Positions 8,171-19,178 of a stretch of 32,000 nucleotides of DNA are shown piece after piece. Made by a program: the position numbers and the translations under genes. This stretch comes from Erysipelotrichaceae bacterium (GTDB lineage Bacteria; Bacillota_I; Bacilli_A; Erysipelotrichales; Coprobacillaceae), in the NCBI GenBank assembly GCA_028698185.1, contig JAQVDW010000015.1, forward strand, positions 1 to 32,000, read 5' to 3'. The notes under the pieces were generated by a model. It was not told the origin of the DNA, made no database searches, and worked only from the letters and a program-made list of their open reading frames with translations. Position 1 is the stretch's first letter. Each line of letters opens with the position of its first letter.

Positions 8171-9004
8171 ATGGCAATTAAAGTCTATAAGCCAGTCACA
8201 AATGGTCGTCGTAATATGACTTCATTAACATATGAAGAAATTACAACTAACAAACCAGAAAAATCTTTAGTTGTGAGCTTATCTAAAAAAGGTGGGCGTA
8301 ATAACCAAGGTGTTATCACTACAAGACATCACGGTGGGGGTCATAAACGTAAATACCGTATTATTGACTTCAAACGTAATAAAGACAACATCCCAGGTAA
8401 AGTAGCAACTATCGAATACGATCCAAACAGATCAGCAAACATCGCATTAATCAATTATGTAGATGGTGAAAAAAGATATATCTTAGCACCTAAAGGAATG
8501 AAAGTCGGAGACACTATCGTTTCTGGTGAAGCAGTGGATATCTTAGTCGGAAACGCTATGCCACTTGCAAACATCCCTGAAGGTACAGTAATCCACAATA
8601 TCGAACTTCAACCTGGTAAAGGTGGACAAATCGCGCGTTCAGCAGGTGTGTCAGCCCAAATCCTAGGTAAAGAAGACAGATACGTAATCGTAAGATTGGC
8701 ATCTGGCGAAGTTCGTAAAATCTTAGCGGTTTGCCGTGCTACTATCGGTGTGGTTGGAAATGAAGACTACAGCTTAGTAAACTACGGTAAAGCAGGTCGT
8801 ATGAGATGGAAAGGGATCCGCCCTACAGTTCGTGGTTCGGTAATGAACCCTAACGATCACCCTCATGGTGGTGGGGAAGGTAGAACTTCTATCGGTCGTA
8901 AAGCTCCAATGACTCCTTGGGGTAAAAAAGCAATGGGTGTTAAAACTCGTAACACTAAAAAAGCATCTAACAAATTAATCGTTAGACGTCGTAACAAGAA
9001 ATAA
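8171..9004 (+). CDS. rplB: 50S ribosomal protein L2
   Basis: 277 aa, [14 protein letters not shown]...HPHGGGEGR is canonical L2. GAGGAGG lies upstream. Confidence 0.98.
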   Translation: MAIKVYKPVTNGRRNMTSLTYEEITTNKPEKSLVVSLSKKGGRNNQGVITTRHHGGGHKRKYRIIDFKRNKDNIPGKVATIEYDPNRSANIALINYVDGEKRYILAPKGMKVGDTIVSGEAVDILVGNAMPLANIPEGTVIHNIELQPGKGGQIARSAGVSAQILGKEDRYVIVRLASGEVRKILAVCRATIGVVGNEDYSLVNYGKAGRMRWKGIRPTVRGSVMNPNDHPHGGGEGRTSIGRKAPMTPWGKKAMGVKTRNTKKASNKLIVRRRNKK

Positions 9005-9021
9005 TAAGGAGGAAGAAAATA

Positions 9022-9300
9022 ATGGCACGTAGCTTAAAAAAAGGACCATTTGTCGATGAACATTTAATGAAAAAAGTTGAAGCATTAAATGCGGCTGGTA
9101 AAAAAGAAGTGATCAAAACTTGGTCAAGACGTTCAACAATCTTCCCTGCATTTATCGAACATACATTCGCAGTTTATAACGGAAGAGAACACATTCCGGT
9201 TTACGTTAGCGAAGACATGGTAGGACACAAGTTGGGAGAATTCGCTCCAACTAGAACTTACCTTGGTCATGACGCTGACAAATCAGGTAAGAAAAGATAA
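9022..9300 (+). CDS. rpsS: 30S ribosomal protein S19
   Basis: 92 aa, [15 protein letters not shown]...[12 protein letters not shown]. Confidence 0.98.
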   Translation: MARSLKKGPFVDEHLMKKVEALNAAGKKEVIKTWSRRSTIFPAFIEHTFAVYNGREHIPVYVSEDMVGHKLGEFAPTRTYLGHDADKSGKKR

Positions 9301-9319
9301 TTAGGGAGGAGAATAGTAC

Positions 9320-9652
9320 ATGGAAGCAAGAGCAACAGCTAAAATGATTCGTGTTTCACCTCAAAAAGCCCGTTTAGTCGCTGACTTAGTTAGAGGTAAG
9401 GATTTAAAAGAAGCACTTGGTATCTTAGAATATATGAACAAAAGTGCAACTCCTGCAATCATTAAAGTAGTTAAATCAGCTGCTGCCAACGTTGTAAATA
9501 ACGACGGTGCAGATGAAGCTAAATTATACATCAAAGAAATTTGTGTAAACGAAGGTCCAACATTAAAGAGATTCGCTGCAAGAGCAAAAGGTAGCGGAAC
9601 TAGAATTTTAAAAAGAACAAGCCACATCACTGCTGTGGTAGCTGAAAGATAG
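9320..9652 (+). CDS. rplV: 50S ribosomal protein L22
   Basis: 110 aa, RVSPQKARLVADLVRGK...RILKRTSHIT. Confidence 0.97.
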   Translation: MEARATAKMIRVSPQKARLVADLVRGKDLKEALGILEYMNKSATPAIIKVVKSAAANVVNNDGADEAKLYIKEICVNEGPTLKRFAARAKGSGTRILKRTSHITAVVAER

Positions 9653-9663
9653 GAGGTTGACAT

Positions 9664-10317
9664 ATGGGTCAAAAAGTAAGTCCAGTTGGTTTACGTGTTG
9701 GTGTTAACCGTAATTGGGATTCTAGATGGTATGCCAACGATCAAGAATTCGCAACTTTATTACATGAAGATATCAAAATCCGTGCTTTTATCTTAGATAA
9801 ACTAAAAAGAGCTGGTGTGGCTCGCGTTGAGATCGAAAGATCTAAAAAACGAGTTACAATTATCGTTCACACTTCTAGACCAGGTGTTGTAATTGGTAAA
9901 GAAGGAGAAGCGGTTGATAAATTACGTAAAGAAATCACTAAAATGACTGATGGAAAACAAGTATTTATCAATATCGTTGAAATCAAAAATCCAGATATTA
10001 ACGCTCAATTGGTAGCTAACAGTATCGCGGAACAATTAGAAAACCGTGCATCATTCAGAACTGTACAAAAACGTGCGATTCAACGTGCAATGAGAGCCGG
10101 AGCAAAAGGAATTAAAACTAACGTTTCAGGTCGTTTAGGTGGAGCTGACATGGCTCGTGCTGAAGGATATAGCGAAGGAAATGTACCTTTACATACCTTG
10201 AGAGCGGACATCGATTACGCTACATGTGAAGCAGATACAACTTATGGAAAATTAGGAGTTAAAGTTTGGATCTGTAAAGGTGAAATCCTACCTGAAAAGA
10301 AAAAGGAGGCTAAATAA
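9664..10317 (+). CDS. rpsC: 30S ribosomal protein S3
   Basis: 217 aa, [13 protein letters not shown]..., with KH domain and [10 protein letters not shown] motif. Confidence 0.98.
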   Translation: MGQKVSPVGLRVGVNRNWDSRWYANDQEFATLLHEDIKIRAFILDKLKRAGVARVEIERSKKRVTIIVHTSRPGVVIGKEGEAVDKLRKEITKMTDGKQVFINIVEIKNPDINAQLVANSIAEQLENRASFRTVQKRAIQRAMRAGAKGIKTNVSGRLGGADMARAEGYSEGNVPLHTLRADIDYATCEADTTYGKLGVKVWICKGEILPEKKKEAK

Positions 10318-10319
10318 TT

Positions 10320-10730
10320 ATGTTGATGCCTAAAAGAACGAAATATAGAAGACCACATAGAATTAAATATGAAGGTAAATCAAAAGGTGGAACTAAAGTG
10401 TCTTTCGGTGAGTTCGGATTAGTGGCTCAAGAAGGTGCTTGGATCACTTCACGTCAAATTGAAGCTGCCCGTATCGCAATCAACCGTTACATGAAACGTG
10501 GCGGAAAAGTATGGATCCGTATCTTCCCTCATTTAGCTAAAACTAAAAAACCTTTAGAAGTGCGTATGGGATCTGGGAAAGGTTCACCAGAAGAATGGGT
10601 AGCTGTAGTTAAAACTGGCCGCGTAATGTTTGAAGTAGCTGGTGTAGACGAAGAAGTTGCTAGAGAAGCTTTAAGACTTGCCTCTCATAAATTACCTATT
10701 AAATGTAAAATCATTGGAAAGGGTGAATAA
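10320..10730 (+). CDS. rplP: 50S ribosomal protein L16
   Basis: 136 aa, [14 protein letters not shown]...[10 protein letters not shown]. Confidence 0.97.
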   Translation: MLMPKRTKYRRPHRIKYEGKSKGGTKVSFGEFGLVAQEGAWITSRQIEAARIAINRYMKRGGKVWIRIFPHLAKTKKPLEVRMGSGKGSPEEWVAVVKTGRVMFEVAGVDEEVAREALRLASHKLPIKCKIIGKGE

Positions 10731-10732
10731 TT

Positions 10733-10927
10733 ATGACAGTACAAGAAATCAAAGAGTTAGACAACGCTCAATTGTTAGCTAAAGTTGAAGAATTCAAAAC
10801 CGAGTTGTTCGGTTTGAGATTCCAACAGGCTACAGGGCAATTAGAAAATACAGCACGTATTAAAGAAGTTCGTAAATCTATCGCAAGAATCAAAACAATC
10901 ATTAGAGAAAGAGAACTTCAAGGTTAA
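10733..10927 (+). CDS. rpmC: 50S ribosomal protein L29
   Basis: 64 aa, [32 protein letters not shown]. Confidence 0.96.
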   Translation: MTVQEIKELDNAQLLAKVEEFKTELFGLRFQQATGQLENTARIKEVRKSIARIKTIIRERELQG

Positions 10928-10941
10928 TTAAGGAGATACAA

Positions 10942-11202
10942 ATGGAAAGAAGCGCAAGAAAAGTTTATACTGGAACTGTTGTATCTACTAAAATGGATAA
11001 GACTATTACAGTGCTGGTTGAAACTCACGTAAAACATAAACTTTACAGCAAACGTGTTAAACGTTCAACTAAATTCAAAGCTCATGATGAAAACAACACT
11101 GCGAACATCGGTGATACAGTTAAAATCATGGAAACAAGACCTTTATCTGCAACAAAACGTTTCCGTTTAGTAGAAATCGTTAAAAAAGCAGATATCGTAT
11201 AA
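10942..11202 (+). CDS. rpsQ: 30S ribosomal protein S17
   Basis: 86 aa, [17 protein letters not shown]...HDENN...[14 protein letters not shown]. Confidence 0.97.
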   Translation: MERSARKVYTGTVVSTKMDKTITVLVETHVKHKLYSKRVKRSTKFKAHDENNTANIGDTVKIMETRPLSATKRFRLVEIVKKADIV

Positions 11203-11229
11203 GAACTCTAGAAAAAGGAGGTAGCCTAA

Positions 11230-11598
11230 ATGATTCAAAATGAAAGTAGACTTAAAGTAGCTGACAATACTGGTGCTAAAGAAGTGTTAGTAATCCGCAA
11301 TTTAGGTGGTTCAAATAGAAAAACAAGTAATATCGGTGATATTATCGTTTGTACAGTAAAACAAGCCATCCCTGGTGGTTCTGTAAAAAAAGGTGATGTA
11401 GTAAAAGCAGTTATCGTAAGAACTAAATACGGTGTAGGACGTCCTAACGGATCATTCATCAAGTTCGACGACAATGCTTGTGTAATTATCAAAGATGACA
11501 AGTCTCCAAAAGGAACTCGTATCTTTGGACCAGTAGCAAGAGAGTTGAGAGATGCTGATTTCATGAAGATCGTATCTTTGGCTCCAGAAGTATTATAA
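11230..11598 (+). CDS. rplN: 50S ribosomal protein L14
   Basis: 122 aa, [18 protein letters not shown]... Confidence 0.98.
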   Translation: MIQNESRLKVADNTGAKEVLVIRNLGGSNRKTSNIGDIIVCTVKQAIPGGSVKKGDVVKAVIVRTKYGVGRPNGSFIKFDDNACVIIKDDKSPKGTRIFGPVARELRDADFMKIVSLAPEVL

Positions 11599-11607
11599 TA
11601 GGAGGAC

Positions 11608-11931
11608 ATGACATTGAAAATCCGCGTAGGTGATACTGTCGAAGTAATCGCAGGTAAAGACAAAGGTCAACAAGGTGAAGTGTTACAAGTTCTTGCTAAA
11701 GAAGATCGCGTAATCGTTGAAGGTGTAAACATGGTAACTAAACATGTCAAACCATCACAAACTGACCCTGAAGGTGGTATTATTACAAGAGAAGCTCCAA
11801 TTCATGTTTCTAATGTAGCATACTACGATAAAAAAGCTAAAAAACCAGTTAAGTTAGGTTATAAAGTAACTGAAACTGATGGAAAAAAAGTAAAAGTTCG
11901 TGTTAACAAAGCAACAGGAACAGAAATTTAG
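11608..11931 (+). CDS. rplX: 50S ribosomal protein L24
   Basis: KOW motif [16 protein letters not shown]. The ATG at 11608 sits only 2 nt after AGGAGG. The in-frame TTG at 11614 (MKIRVGD...) has better SD spacing and may be the true start. Confidence 0.93.
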   Translation: MTLKIRVGDTVEVIAGKDKGQQGEVLQVLAKEDRVIVEGVNMVTKHVKPSQTDPEGGIITREAPIHVSNVAYYDKKAKKPVKLGYKVTETDGKKVKVRVNKATGTEI

Positions 11932-11953
11932 ATTGTTGGAAGGAGGAGCTATA

Positions 11954-12493
11954 ATGAATCGTTTACAAGAACGTTATAATAACGAAGTAATCAAATCATT
12001 AATGGAAAAATTCAATTATTCTTCAACAATGCAAGCACCAAAACTTGAAAAAATCGTTTTAAACGTTGGTGTTGGAGATGCGGTAAATAATTCTAAATTA
12101 TTAGAAGACGCTGTGGCTGAATTAACATTAATCACTGGACAAAAACCAGTAATCACAAAAGCAAAGAAATCAATTGCAGGTTTCAAATTACGTGAAGGTG
12201 CACCTATCGGGTGTAAAGTAACTTTGCGTGCTGAAAAAATGTATGAATTCTTAGATAAATTGGTAAGTGTTTCTTTACCACGTGTAAGAGACTTTAGAGG
12301 TGTATCTAGAAATGCATTTGACGGTAGAGGTAACTATACATTAGGTATCAAAGAACAATTAATCTTCCCAGAAATTGACTTTGATAAAGTAAATAAAATC
12401 AGAGGGATGGATATCGTATTCGTAACTACAGCTAACAATGATGACGAAGGTCGCGAATTATTGGCTCAATTAGGAATGCCATTCCAAAAATAA
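11954..12493 (+). CDS. rplE: 50S ribosomal protein L5
   Basis: 179 aa from the ATG at 11954 ([12 protein letters not shown]...), preceded by AGGAGG. The ORF-track start at 11900 overlaps rplX and is unlikely. Confidence 0.96.
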   Translation: MNRLQERYNNEVIKSLMEKFNYSSTMQAPKLEKIVLNVGVGDAVNNSKLLEDAVAELTLITGQKPVITKAKKSIAGFKLREGAPIGCKVTLRAEKMYEFLDKLVSVSLPRVRDFRGVSRNAFDGRGNYTLGIKEQLIFPEIDFDKVNKIRGMDIVFVTTANNDDEGRELLAQLGMPFQK

Positions 12494-12510
12494 CGGAGGT
12501 TGTATAATCA

Positions 12511-12696
12511 ATGGCTAAAACATCAATGAAGGTTAAACAACAACGTCCACAAAAATACAAAGTACGTGAGTATACACGTTGCGAACGTTGTGGTAGACCA
12601 CACTCAGTAATCAGTAAATTTAAACTTTGTCGTATTTGTTTCCGCGAACTAGCGTACAAAGGTGAAATCCCAGGCGTTAAAAAAGCAAGCTGGTAA
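12511..12696 (+). CDS. rpsZ: 30S ribosomal protein S14, type Z (zinc-binding short form)
   Basis: 61 aa with CxxC...CxxC (CERCGRP...CRICFRE). Confidence 0.97.
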   Translation: MAKTSMKVKQQRPQKYKVREYTRCERCGRPHSVISKFKLCRICFRELAYKGEIPGVKKASW

Positions 12697-12732
12697 AAAT
12701 AAGAAAGAATTCGTGGAAGGAGGATTTAAGCA

Positions 12733-13128
12733 ATGGTAATGACAGATCCAATTGCAGATATGCTAACAAGAATCCGTAATGCGAATAGACAACGTCATGA
12801 TGATGTGGCTATTCCTTACTCTAAAATTAAAGAAGAAATCGCTCAAATTTTAGTTAATGAAGGATTCGTAAAAAGTTTTAAAGTTGAGGGCGAAGGTGCC
12901 TCTAAAAATATCAAAATTGCTTTAAAATACAGAGGTAATGAAAGAGTAATTACTGACTTAAAACGTATTTCTAAACCAGGATTACGTGTTTATGCTAAAG
13001 TAAATGAAATTCCTAAAGTATTAAACGGTTTAGGAATCGTTGTTGTATCAACTTCACAAGGAGTTATCACTGACAAAGAAGCACGCGCTAAACAAGTTGG
13101 TGGAGAAGTCCTTGCATATATTTGGTAA
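12733..13128 (+). CDS. rpsH: 30S ribosomal protein S8
   Basis: 131 aa, [17 protein letters not shown]... Confidence 0.98.
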   Translation: MVMTDPIADMLTRIRNANRQRHDDVAIPYSKIKEEIAQILVNEGFVKSFKVEGEGASKNIKIALKYRGNERVITDLKRISKPGLRVYAKVNEIPKVLNGLGIVVVSTSQGVITDKEARAKQVGGEVLAYIW

Positions 13129-13148
13129 GGAAAACAGGAGGTTAAACG

Positions 13149-13694
13149 ATGTCTCGTATCGGTAATAAAATTATTAACATTCCTGAAGGTGTCACTGTAG
13201 AAGTTGCTGCAAATAACGAAGTAACTGTTAAAGGACCTAAAGGAACATTAACTAGACAATTTGATCCATCTATTTCTCTGGAAATCGAAGATGGTGTAAT
13301 CACTGTTAAAAGAAGCAGTGAAATAAAACGTGTAAAACAATTGCACGGAACTACTAGAGCATTGCTTGCGAATATGATTCAAGGATGTAGCGAAGGCTTC
13401 AAAAAAGAACTTGAAATCGTAGGGATCGGGTATCGTGCTCAAATGAAGGGTAATGCATTAAATCTTGCTTTAGGTTATTCTCATCCAATCGAGATGGAAA
13501 TCGAAGAAGGAATTACTGTAGAAACTCCAACTAACACAAAAATCATCGTATCAGGGATTTCTAAAGAACGCGTTGGACAAGTTGCAGCGGTTATTAGATC
13601 TTACCGTAAACCTGAACCTTACAAAGGTAAAGGGATTCGCTACGTTGATGAAAAGATCATCAGAAAAGAAGGAAAAACTGCTGGTAAAAAGTAG
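13149..13694 (+). CDS. rplF: 50S ribosomal protein L6
   Basis: 181 aa, [17 protein letters not shown]...[11 protein letters not shown]. Confidence 0.98.
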   Translation: MSRIGNKIINIPEGVTVEVAANNEVTVKGPKGTLTRQFDPSISLEIEDGVITVKRSSEIKRVKQLHGTTRALLANMIQGCSEGFKKELEIVGIGYRAQMKGNALNLALGYSHPIEMEIEEGITVETPTNTKIIVSGISKERVGQVAAVIRSYRKPEPYKGKGIRYVDEKIIRKEGKTAGKK

Positions 13695-13720
13695 TTAGCT
13701 AAAGGAAAGGAGCTTACATA

Positions 13721-14077
13721 ATGGCAAAAAAATTATCACGTAACGGCAACCGTCTTAAAAGACATGCACGTATTCGTAGAAAAATATCTGGAACAGCTTC
13801 ATGCCCACGTTTAAATGTGTTCCGTTCTAACGCTCATATCCATGCCCAAATCATCGATGATGTTAACGGTGTGACTTTAGCTAGCGCATCTAGCGTTGAT
13901 ATGAAATTAGAAAATGGTGGCAACATTCAAGCTGCATCTCAAGTAGGAACTGCAATCGCAGAACGTGCTAAAGCAGCAGGTGTTGAAAATGTAGTATTTG
14001 ACCGTGGAGGTTATGTATATCATGGTCGTGTTAAAGCTTTAGCAGAAGCTGCTAGAGAAGCTGGATTAAAATTCTAA
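13721..14077 (+). CDS. rplR: 50S ribosomal protein L18
   Basis: 118 aa, [18 protein letters not shown]...[24 protein letters not shown]. Confidence 0.97.
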   Translation: MAKKLSRNGNRLKRHARIRRKISGTASCPRLNVFRSNAHIHAQIIDDVNGVTLASASSVDMKLENGGNIQAASQVGTAIAERAKAAGVENVVFDRGGYVYHGRVKALAEAAREAGLKF

Positions 14078-14089
14078 AGGAGGTCAACT

Positions 14090-14647
14090 ATGGAAGAACG
14101 TAAGCCAAGAGAGTCTAGTGGTCCTAGAAGAACTCGCAAAAATTCAAGAAATAGACCTAGAAGAGAAGAAAAAGAATTTGAAGAACGCGTTGTAACTATT
14201 AACCGTATCACCAAAGTAGTAAAAGGTGGTCGTAAAATGAGATTTGCGGCGTTAGTAGTTATCGGTGATAAAAAAGGTCGCGTTGGTTTTGGAACTGGAA
14301 AAGCTAACGAAGTACCTGATGCAATCCGTAAAGCAATTGAAAATGCAAAACGTAACTTAATCACTGTACCAATGGTTAATGGAACAATCACTCATGAAAT
14401 CAATGGTCAATTTAAATCAGGGAATGTATTCTTGAAACCTGCTTCTGCCGGTACTGGAGTCATCGCTGGTGGACCTGTTCGTGCGGTTGTCGAATTGGCA
14501 GGTTACACAGATATCTTATCTAAATCATTAGGATCAAGAACTCCAATCAACATGGTTAGAGCTACTGTTGAAGGTTTAAGCTCATTAAAAACAGTTGAAG
14601 AAGTTGCTAGCTTAAGAGACAAAACTGTTCAAGAAATTTACGGTTAG
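14090..14647 (+). CDS. rpsE: 30S ribosomal protein S5 (with basic N-terminal extension)
   Basis: 185 aa. Core is [29 protein letters not shown]...GTGVIAGG. It is preceded by an Arg-rich segment of about 20 aa. Confidence 0.97.
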   Translation: MEERKPRESSGPRRTRKNSRNRPRREEKEFEERVVTINRITKVVKGGRKMRFAALVVIGDKKGRVGFGTGKANEVPDAIRKAIENAKRNLITVPMVNGTITHEINGQFKSGNVFLKPASAGTGVIAGGPVRAVVELAGYTDILSKSLGSRTPINMVRATVEGLSSLKTVEEVASLRDKTVQEIYG

Positions 14648-14659
14648 GAGGACATATTA

Positions 14660-14842
14660 ATGGCAGAAAAATTAAGTATTACGCTTGTTAAAAGTCCGAT
14701 TGGTCAAAAACCTAAACAAAGGGCAACTCTTCAAGCGTTAGGATTAACTAAATTAAACAAAACAGTTGTTAAACAAAACAATGTTTATACTCAAGGTATG
14801 ATCAATGTTGTTGAACACCTTGTAAAAGTTGAAGAAAATTAG
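14660..14842 (+). CDS. rpmD: 50S ribosomal protein L30
   Basis: 60 aa, [25 protein letters not shown]. Confidence 0.96.
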   Translation: MAEKLSITLVKSPIGQKPKQRATLQALGLTKLNKTVVKQNNVYTQGMINVVEHLVKVEEN

Positions 14843-14853
14843 GAGGTGTACTG

Positions 14854-15294
14854 ATGAAATTACATGAATTACGATACACTGAAGGTTCTCGTAAAGCTAG
14901 AAAACGTATTGGTCGCGGAACAAGTTCTGGTACTGGTAAAACTGCTGGTAAAGGACAAAAAGGACAATCTTCACGTTCAGGTGGATTGAAAAAACCTGGA
15001 TTCGAAGGGGGACAAACACCTTTATTCATGCGTATTCCAAAACGTGGATTTACTAACGTTAACCGTAAAGAATATGCAATCGTAAACGTTGAATCTTTAA
15101 ACAAATTCGATGCAAACAGTGTTGTGACTATTGAGTCTTTAAAAGAAGCTGGATTAGTTAAGAAGGAATTGGCTGGTGTTAAAATCTTAGGTAACGGTGA
15201 GTTAGAAAAAGCTTTAACAGTTCAAGCGAACAAATTCTCTAAATCAGCAATCGCTGCAATCGAAGCTGCTGGTGGTAAAACCGAGGTGATCTAA
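14854..15294 (+). CDS. rplO: 50S ribosomal protein L15
   Basis: 146 aa, [33 protein letters not shown]. Confidence 0.97.
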   Translation: MKLHELRYTEGSRKARKRIGRGTSSGTGKTAGKGQKGQSSRSGGLKKPGFEGGQTPLFMRIPKRGFTNVNRKEYAIVNVESLNKFDANSVVTIESLKEAGLVKKELAGVKILGNGELEKALTVQANKFSKSAIAAIEAAGGKTEVI

Positions 15295-15295
15295 A

Positions 15296-16579
15296 ATGCG
15301 AACTTTTTTGAAAAGTGTTTTCGCAAAAGGTGACCTTCGTCGAAAGATAATTTTTACTTTAGGAATTTTATTTGTCTTCCGTCTAGGAGCGGCAATTACT
15401 ATTCCTACGGTAAATATCGGCGCAATCGATTCTTCCCAAGGAATCTTTGGAATCATGAATCTGATTGGTGGGGGAACCTTAGAAAGATTTTCAATATTTG
15501 CATTAGGAGTCTCACCTTATATTACTTCATCGATAATCATTGAATTATTATCGATGGATGTTATCCCGACATTGACCCAATGGTCAAAAGAAGGAAATAC
15601 AGGGAAAAAGAAAAAAGACCAGGTGACACGCTACGTGACACTGGCTTTATCTTTACTTCAAGGAGCGGTCCTTACCTACGCATTTGACAAAGGCTATGGG
15701 ATTCTCGAAAACCCAAGCATCGCGTCTTACATCTACGTTGTCGTTATAATGACGGCGGGATCGATGTTTGCCGTATGGTTAGGTGACCAAATTACAAATA
15801 AGGGTATTGGCAACGGCGTTTCTTTGTTGATCTTCACGGGAATCGTCTCTAACTTGCCATCGTCATTCATTACAACATTTAATTCAATTGTAACTGAAGG
15901 CACCAGCTTTACCCTGGATTTATTGTGGTATCTGCTGTTTGTTGTTGTTTATATCGCGATCATAATCTTTGTAGTCTTCAATGAAGGTTCGCAAAGAAAG
16001 ATCCCAATCGTTTATGCCTCAAGCACTAATACGATCATGCGCACCAAAGAACAAACGCATATGCCAATCAAGATAAATAGTTCTGGGGTAATCCCAGTCA
16101 TCTTCGCCGCATCAGTAATGGCTGCACCAAGAACGGTTATTTCGTTCATGGAGTCCAACAGTGTGACGGAGATCATCGATACAGTATGTAATTACCAAAA
16201 ACCAATCGGATTTGTCTTATACATTGCGATGATTGCGTTTTTCACTTTCTTCTACAGCAACCTTCAAATAGATTCTGAGAAGATAAGCAAGGATTTACGC
16301 AAAAATGGCGGGTCGATTCCCGGAGTTCGTACCGGTGAGGAGACACGGTGGTATTTATATCGAGTAATCAACCAAGTAACTGTGGTAGGGGCATTATTTC
16401 TAATAATTATTGCCGCCATTCCGGTTATTACTCCTGTGATTTGGGAGCAAACATCTAACGCACAAGTTTCCCTTGGGGGAACCGGGTTAATCATCGTAAC
16501 CTCGGTTGCATTAGAGACAATCAGACAAATCAAAACACAAGTCACTCGTAAAGAGTATCACGGATATATTCGAAAATAG
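15296..16579 (+). CDS. secY: Preprotein translocase subunit SecY
   Basis: 427 aa polytopic membrane protein with conserved SecY segments (FALGVSPYITSSIIIELL, GIGNGVSLLIF). Sits in the canonical position after rplO. Confidence 0.97.
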   Translation: MRTFLKSVFAKGDLRRKIIFTLGILFVFRLGAAITIPTVNIGAIDSSQGIFGIMNLIGGGTLERFSIFALGVSPYITSSIIIELLSMDVIPTLTQWSKEGNTGKKKKDQVTRYVTLALSLLQGAVLTYAFDKGYGILENPSIASYIYVVVIMTAGSMFAVWLGDQITNKGIGNGVSLLIFTGIVSNLPSSFITTFNSIVTEGTSFTLDLLWYLLFVVVYIAIIIFVVFNEGSQRKIPIVYASSTNTIMRTKEQTHMPIKINSSGVIPVIFAASVMAAPRTVISFMESNSVTEIIDTVCNYQKPIGFVLYIAMIAFFTFFYSNLQIDSEKISKDLRKNGGSIPGVRTGEETRWYLYRVINQVTVVGALFLIIIAAIPVITPVIWEQTSNAQVSLGGTGLIIVTSVALETIRQIKTQVTRKEYHGYIRK

Positions 16580-16594
16580 TTGTAGGAGGCGTCA

Positions 16595-17242
16595 ATGAAT
16601 ATTATTTTAATGGGCCCACCTGGTGCAGGTAAGGGTACACAGGCCGCGAAACTTGTCAGTGAGTATGGGTTAGCTCATATCTCTACTGGGGATATTTTCA
16701 GAAAAGCCTTAAAGGAACAAACTAAATATGGGGTTATTGCGAAATACTTCATCCAATTTGGTTATTTAGTCCCTGATGACTACACAATTGGGATGGTAAG
16801 AGAATACCTGAGAGAGCATGAATTCCCTAACGGGTTCATTCTTGACGGCTTCCCAAGAACTATTATTCAAGCTCGTGAGCTGGAATCAATCGGCAAAGAA
16901 TTCGGATTCAAAATCGATGCGGTGTTGAACCTTGATGTTGATCTCGACATCCTGGCAACAAGGCTTTCGGGAAGAAGAACTTGCCGCAATTGTGGAGCTA
17001 CTTACCATATCGAATTCAATCCTCCAAAAACTCAAGATGTATGTGATAAATGTGGTGGTGAATTGTACCAGCGCGCTGACGAAAGTGAAGAGGCTGTGAA
17101 GGTTCGCTTAGAAACTTATAACAAGCAAACTCGCCCATTAGTTGATTATTATACAATGACCGGCGACATTACTAACATAAATGGTGATCAATCTATGGAA
17201 GACGTCTTTAGCGATATTAAAGCCCGGTTGGAGGCTATGTAA
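16595..17242 (+). CDS. adk: Adenylate kinase (zinc-lid form)
   Basis: 215 aa. P-loop GPPGAGKGTQ. Lid has CRNCG...CDKCGG (4 Cys). Confidence 0.97.
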   Translation: MNIILMGPPGAGKGTQAAKLVSEYGLAHISTGDIFRKALKEQTKYGVIAKYFIQFGYLVPDDYTIGMVREYLREHEFPNGFILDGFPRTIIQARELESIGKEFGFKIDAVLNLDVDLDILATRLSGRRTCRNCGATYHIEFNPPKTQDVCDKCGGELYQRADESEEAVKVRLETYNKQTRPLVDYYTMTGDITNINGDQSMEDVFSDIKARLEAM

Positions 17243-17988
17243 TGATCATTACTAAAGATGCACAAGAAATAGTTTGGATGAAAGAAGCCGGAAGGGTTGT
17301 AGCGTTAGTTCATCAAAAACTAGCTATGGTAATTGTGCCAGGGATAACTACCAAGCAGATCAATGAGATTTGCGAGGAAGTAATCTACGCTAATGGTGCA
17401 ACTCCTTCATTTTTAAATTTGTATGGTTTCCCGGCCAGCGTCTGCACTTCAATCAATGAAGTCGTCGTTCACGGGATACCTGATAACACAGTATTAAAAA
17501 ATGGTGATATAATCTCGGTGGATGTTGGAGCCTGTGTTCATGGATATCATGGAGATAGCGCTTGGACTTACGCGGTCGGAACAATCGATGAGAAAGCCAA
17601 ACAGCTGATGGATGTTTGCGAACAGTCATTATATGTGGGGCTCGAACAAGTAAAACCCGGCAATCGCGTTTCTGACATTTCTTATGCAATTCAGACGTAT
17701 CTGGAAAGTAATGGCTGCCAGACGCCTCGTGACTATACCGGTCACGGGATCGGAAGCACAGTTCATGAAGACCCTGCAGTTCCAAACTTCGGGAATCCAG
17801 GACGTGGTCCTCGGTTAAAAAAGGGAATGGCCCTGGCCATTGAACCTATGGCTCATTTAGGTGCGAAGGAAACTCAAACCTTACAAGATGGGTGGACAGT
17901 TGTGACAAGAGACCGCTCACTCGCAGCTCACTTTGAACACACTGTTATAATAACTGATGATGGATATGAAATTACAACAAAACTTTAG
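17242..17988 (+). CDS. map: Type I methionine aminopeptidase
   Basis: 248 aa. Metal ligands lie in DVGACVHGYHGD, HGIG and LAIEPM contexts. The start overlaps the adk stop by 1 nt. Confidence 0.96.
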   Translation: MIITKDAQEIVWMKEAGRVVALVHQKLAMVIVPGITTKQINEICEEVIYANGATPSFLNLYGFPASVCTSINEVVVHGIPDNTVLKNGDIISVDVGACVHGYHGDSAWTYAVGTIDEKAKQLMDVCEQSLYVGLEQVKPGNRVSDISYAIQTYLESNGCQTPRDYTGHGIGSTVHEDPAVPNFGNPGRGPRLKKGMALAIEPMAHLGAKETQTLQDGWTVVTRDRSLAAHFEHTVIITDDGYEITTKL

Positions 17989-18000
17989 TAAGGAGTTAAT

Positions 18001-18222
18001 ATGGCAAAAAAAGATGACGTAATTGAAGTAGAAGCAACCGTGCTTGAAACATTGCCAAATGCAATGTTTAAGGTTGCATTAGAAAATGGAGTGGAAATTC
18101 TTGCTCACGTTTCTGGTAAAATCCGTATGCACTACATTCGCATTTTACCGGGGGATAGAGTTACCGTTGAAATATCTCCATACGACTTAACACGTGGGCG
18201 AATTACATTTAGACATAAATAG
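18001..18222 (+). CDS. infA: Translation initiation factor IF-1
   Basis: 73 aa, [25 protein letters not shown]...[17 protein letters not shown]. Confidence 0.98.
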   Translation: MAKKDDVIEVEATVLETLPNAMFKVALENGVEILAHVSGKIRMHYIRILPGDRVTVEISPYDLTRGRITFRHK

Positions 18223-18243
18223 TAAGTACTAGGAGGAAGCAAG

Positions 18244-18357
18244 ATGAAAGTAAGACCATCTGTAAAACCAATGTGTGATAAATGCAGAGTAATTAGAAGA
18301 AAAGGGCGCGTAATGATTATTTGCGAAAACCCTAAACATAAACAAAGACAAGGTTAA
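18244..18357 (+). CDS. rpmJ: 50S ribosomal protein L36
   Basis: Not in the ORF track (under 60 aa). I translated it by hand as [37 protein letters not shown] (37 aa). AGGAGG lies 8 nt upstream. Confidence 0.95.
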   Translation: MKVRPSVKPMCDKCRVIRRKGRVMIICENPKHKQRQG

Positions 18358-18369
18358 TAGGAGGAAAAT

Positions 18370-18735
18370 ATGGCTCGTATAGCAGGTGTAGATATCCCAC
18401 GTGATAAACGTGTTGTTGTATCTTTAACATATATTTATGGTATTGGGAAACCTACTTCTCAAAAAATCTTAGAAACAGTAGGAATCGACGAAAATACTCG
18501 TGTAAAAGATTTAACTGAAGATCAAGTTAATTTAATTAGAAAAGAAATCGAATCTGTTAAAGTAGAAGGTGACCTTCGTCGTGAAGTTGCTTTAAATATC
18601 AAACGATTAATGGAAATCGGTTCTTATCGTGGTATCCGTCATCGTAAAGGATTACCTGTTCGTGGACAAAAAACAAAAACAAATGCTCGTACTCGCAAAG
18701 GAAAAGCACGTCCAATCGCAGGAAAGAAAAAATAA
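18370..18735 (+). CDS. rpsM: 30S ribosomal protein S13
   Basis: 121 aa, [26 protein letters not shown]... Confidence 0.98.
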   Translation: MARIAGVDIPRDKRVVVSLTYIYGIGKPTSQKILETVGIDENTRVKDLTEDQVNLIRKEIESVKVEGDLRREVALNIKRLMEIGSYRGIRHRKGLPVRGQKTKTNARTRKGKARPIAGKKK

Positions 18736-18754
18736 TTTAAGGAGGATTGGATAA

Positions 18755-19147
18755 ATGGCAAAAGCAAGACAAGTGCGTGGTAAAAAACGTGCAAAGAAAA
18801 ATATAGCTAAGGGTGTAGCTCACATCCATTCAACATTCAACAATACAATCGTAACTATCTCAGATGAACATGGTAACGTTGTTTCTTGGTCATCTGCAGG
18901 TGCTTTAGGATTCAAAGGATCTCGTAAATCTACTCCATATGCTGCTCAAGAAGCTTCTCAAGCTGCTGCGAAAGCTGCAATGGACAATGGAATGAAATCT
19001 GTTGAAGTTAACGTAAAAGGTCCTGGACCAGGACGTGAATCTGCGGTTCGTGCATTACAAGCTGCGGGATTGGAAGTTTCTGCAATCACTGACGTGACAC
19101 CTATCCCTCACAACGGTTGCCGTCCACCAAAACGCCCTCGTGGATAA
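18755..19147 (+). CDS. rpsK: 30S ribosomal protein S11
   Basis: 130 aa, [16 protein letters not shown]...[15 protein letters not shown]. Confidence 0.98.
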   Translation: MAKARQVRGKKRAKKNIAKGVAHIHSTFNNTIVTISDEHGNVVSWSSAGALGFKGSRKSTPYAAQEASQAAAKAAMDNGMKSVEVNVKGPGPGRESAVRALQAAGLEVSAITDVTPIPHNGCRPPKRPRG

Positions 19148-19178
19148 TAAATATTTTTACTAGTAGAGGAGGCAGAGC

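Noticed and set aside
9361-14391. Antisense or alternative-frame ORFs inside ribosomal protein genes, such as 9361..9672, 11235..11663 and 14074..14391.
   Set aside because: They sit opposite unmistakable r-protein genes, lack ribosome-binding sites and translate to low-complexity sequence. They are chance ORFs.
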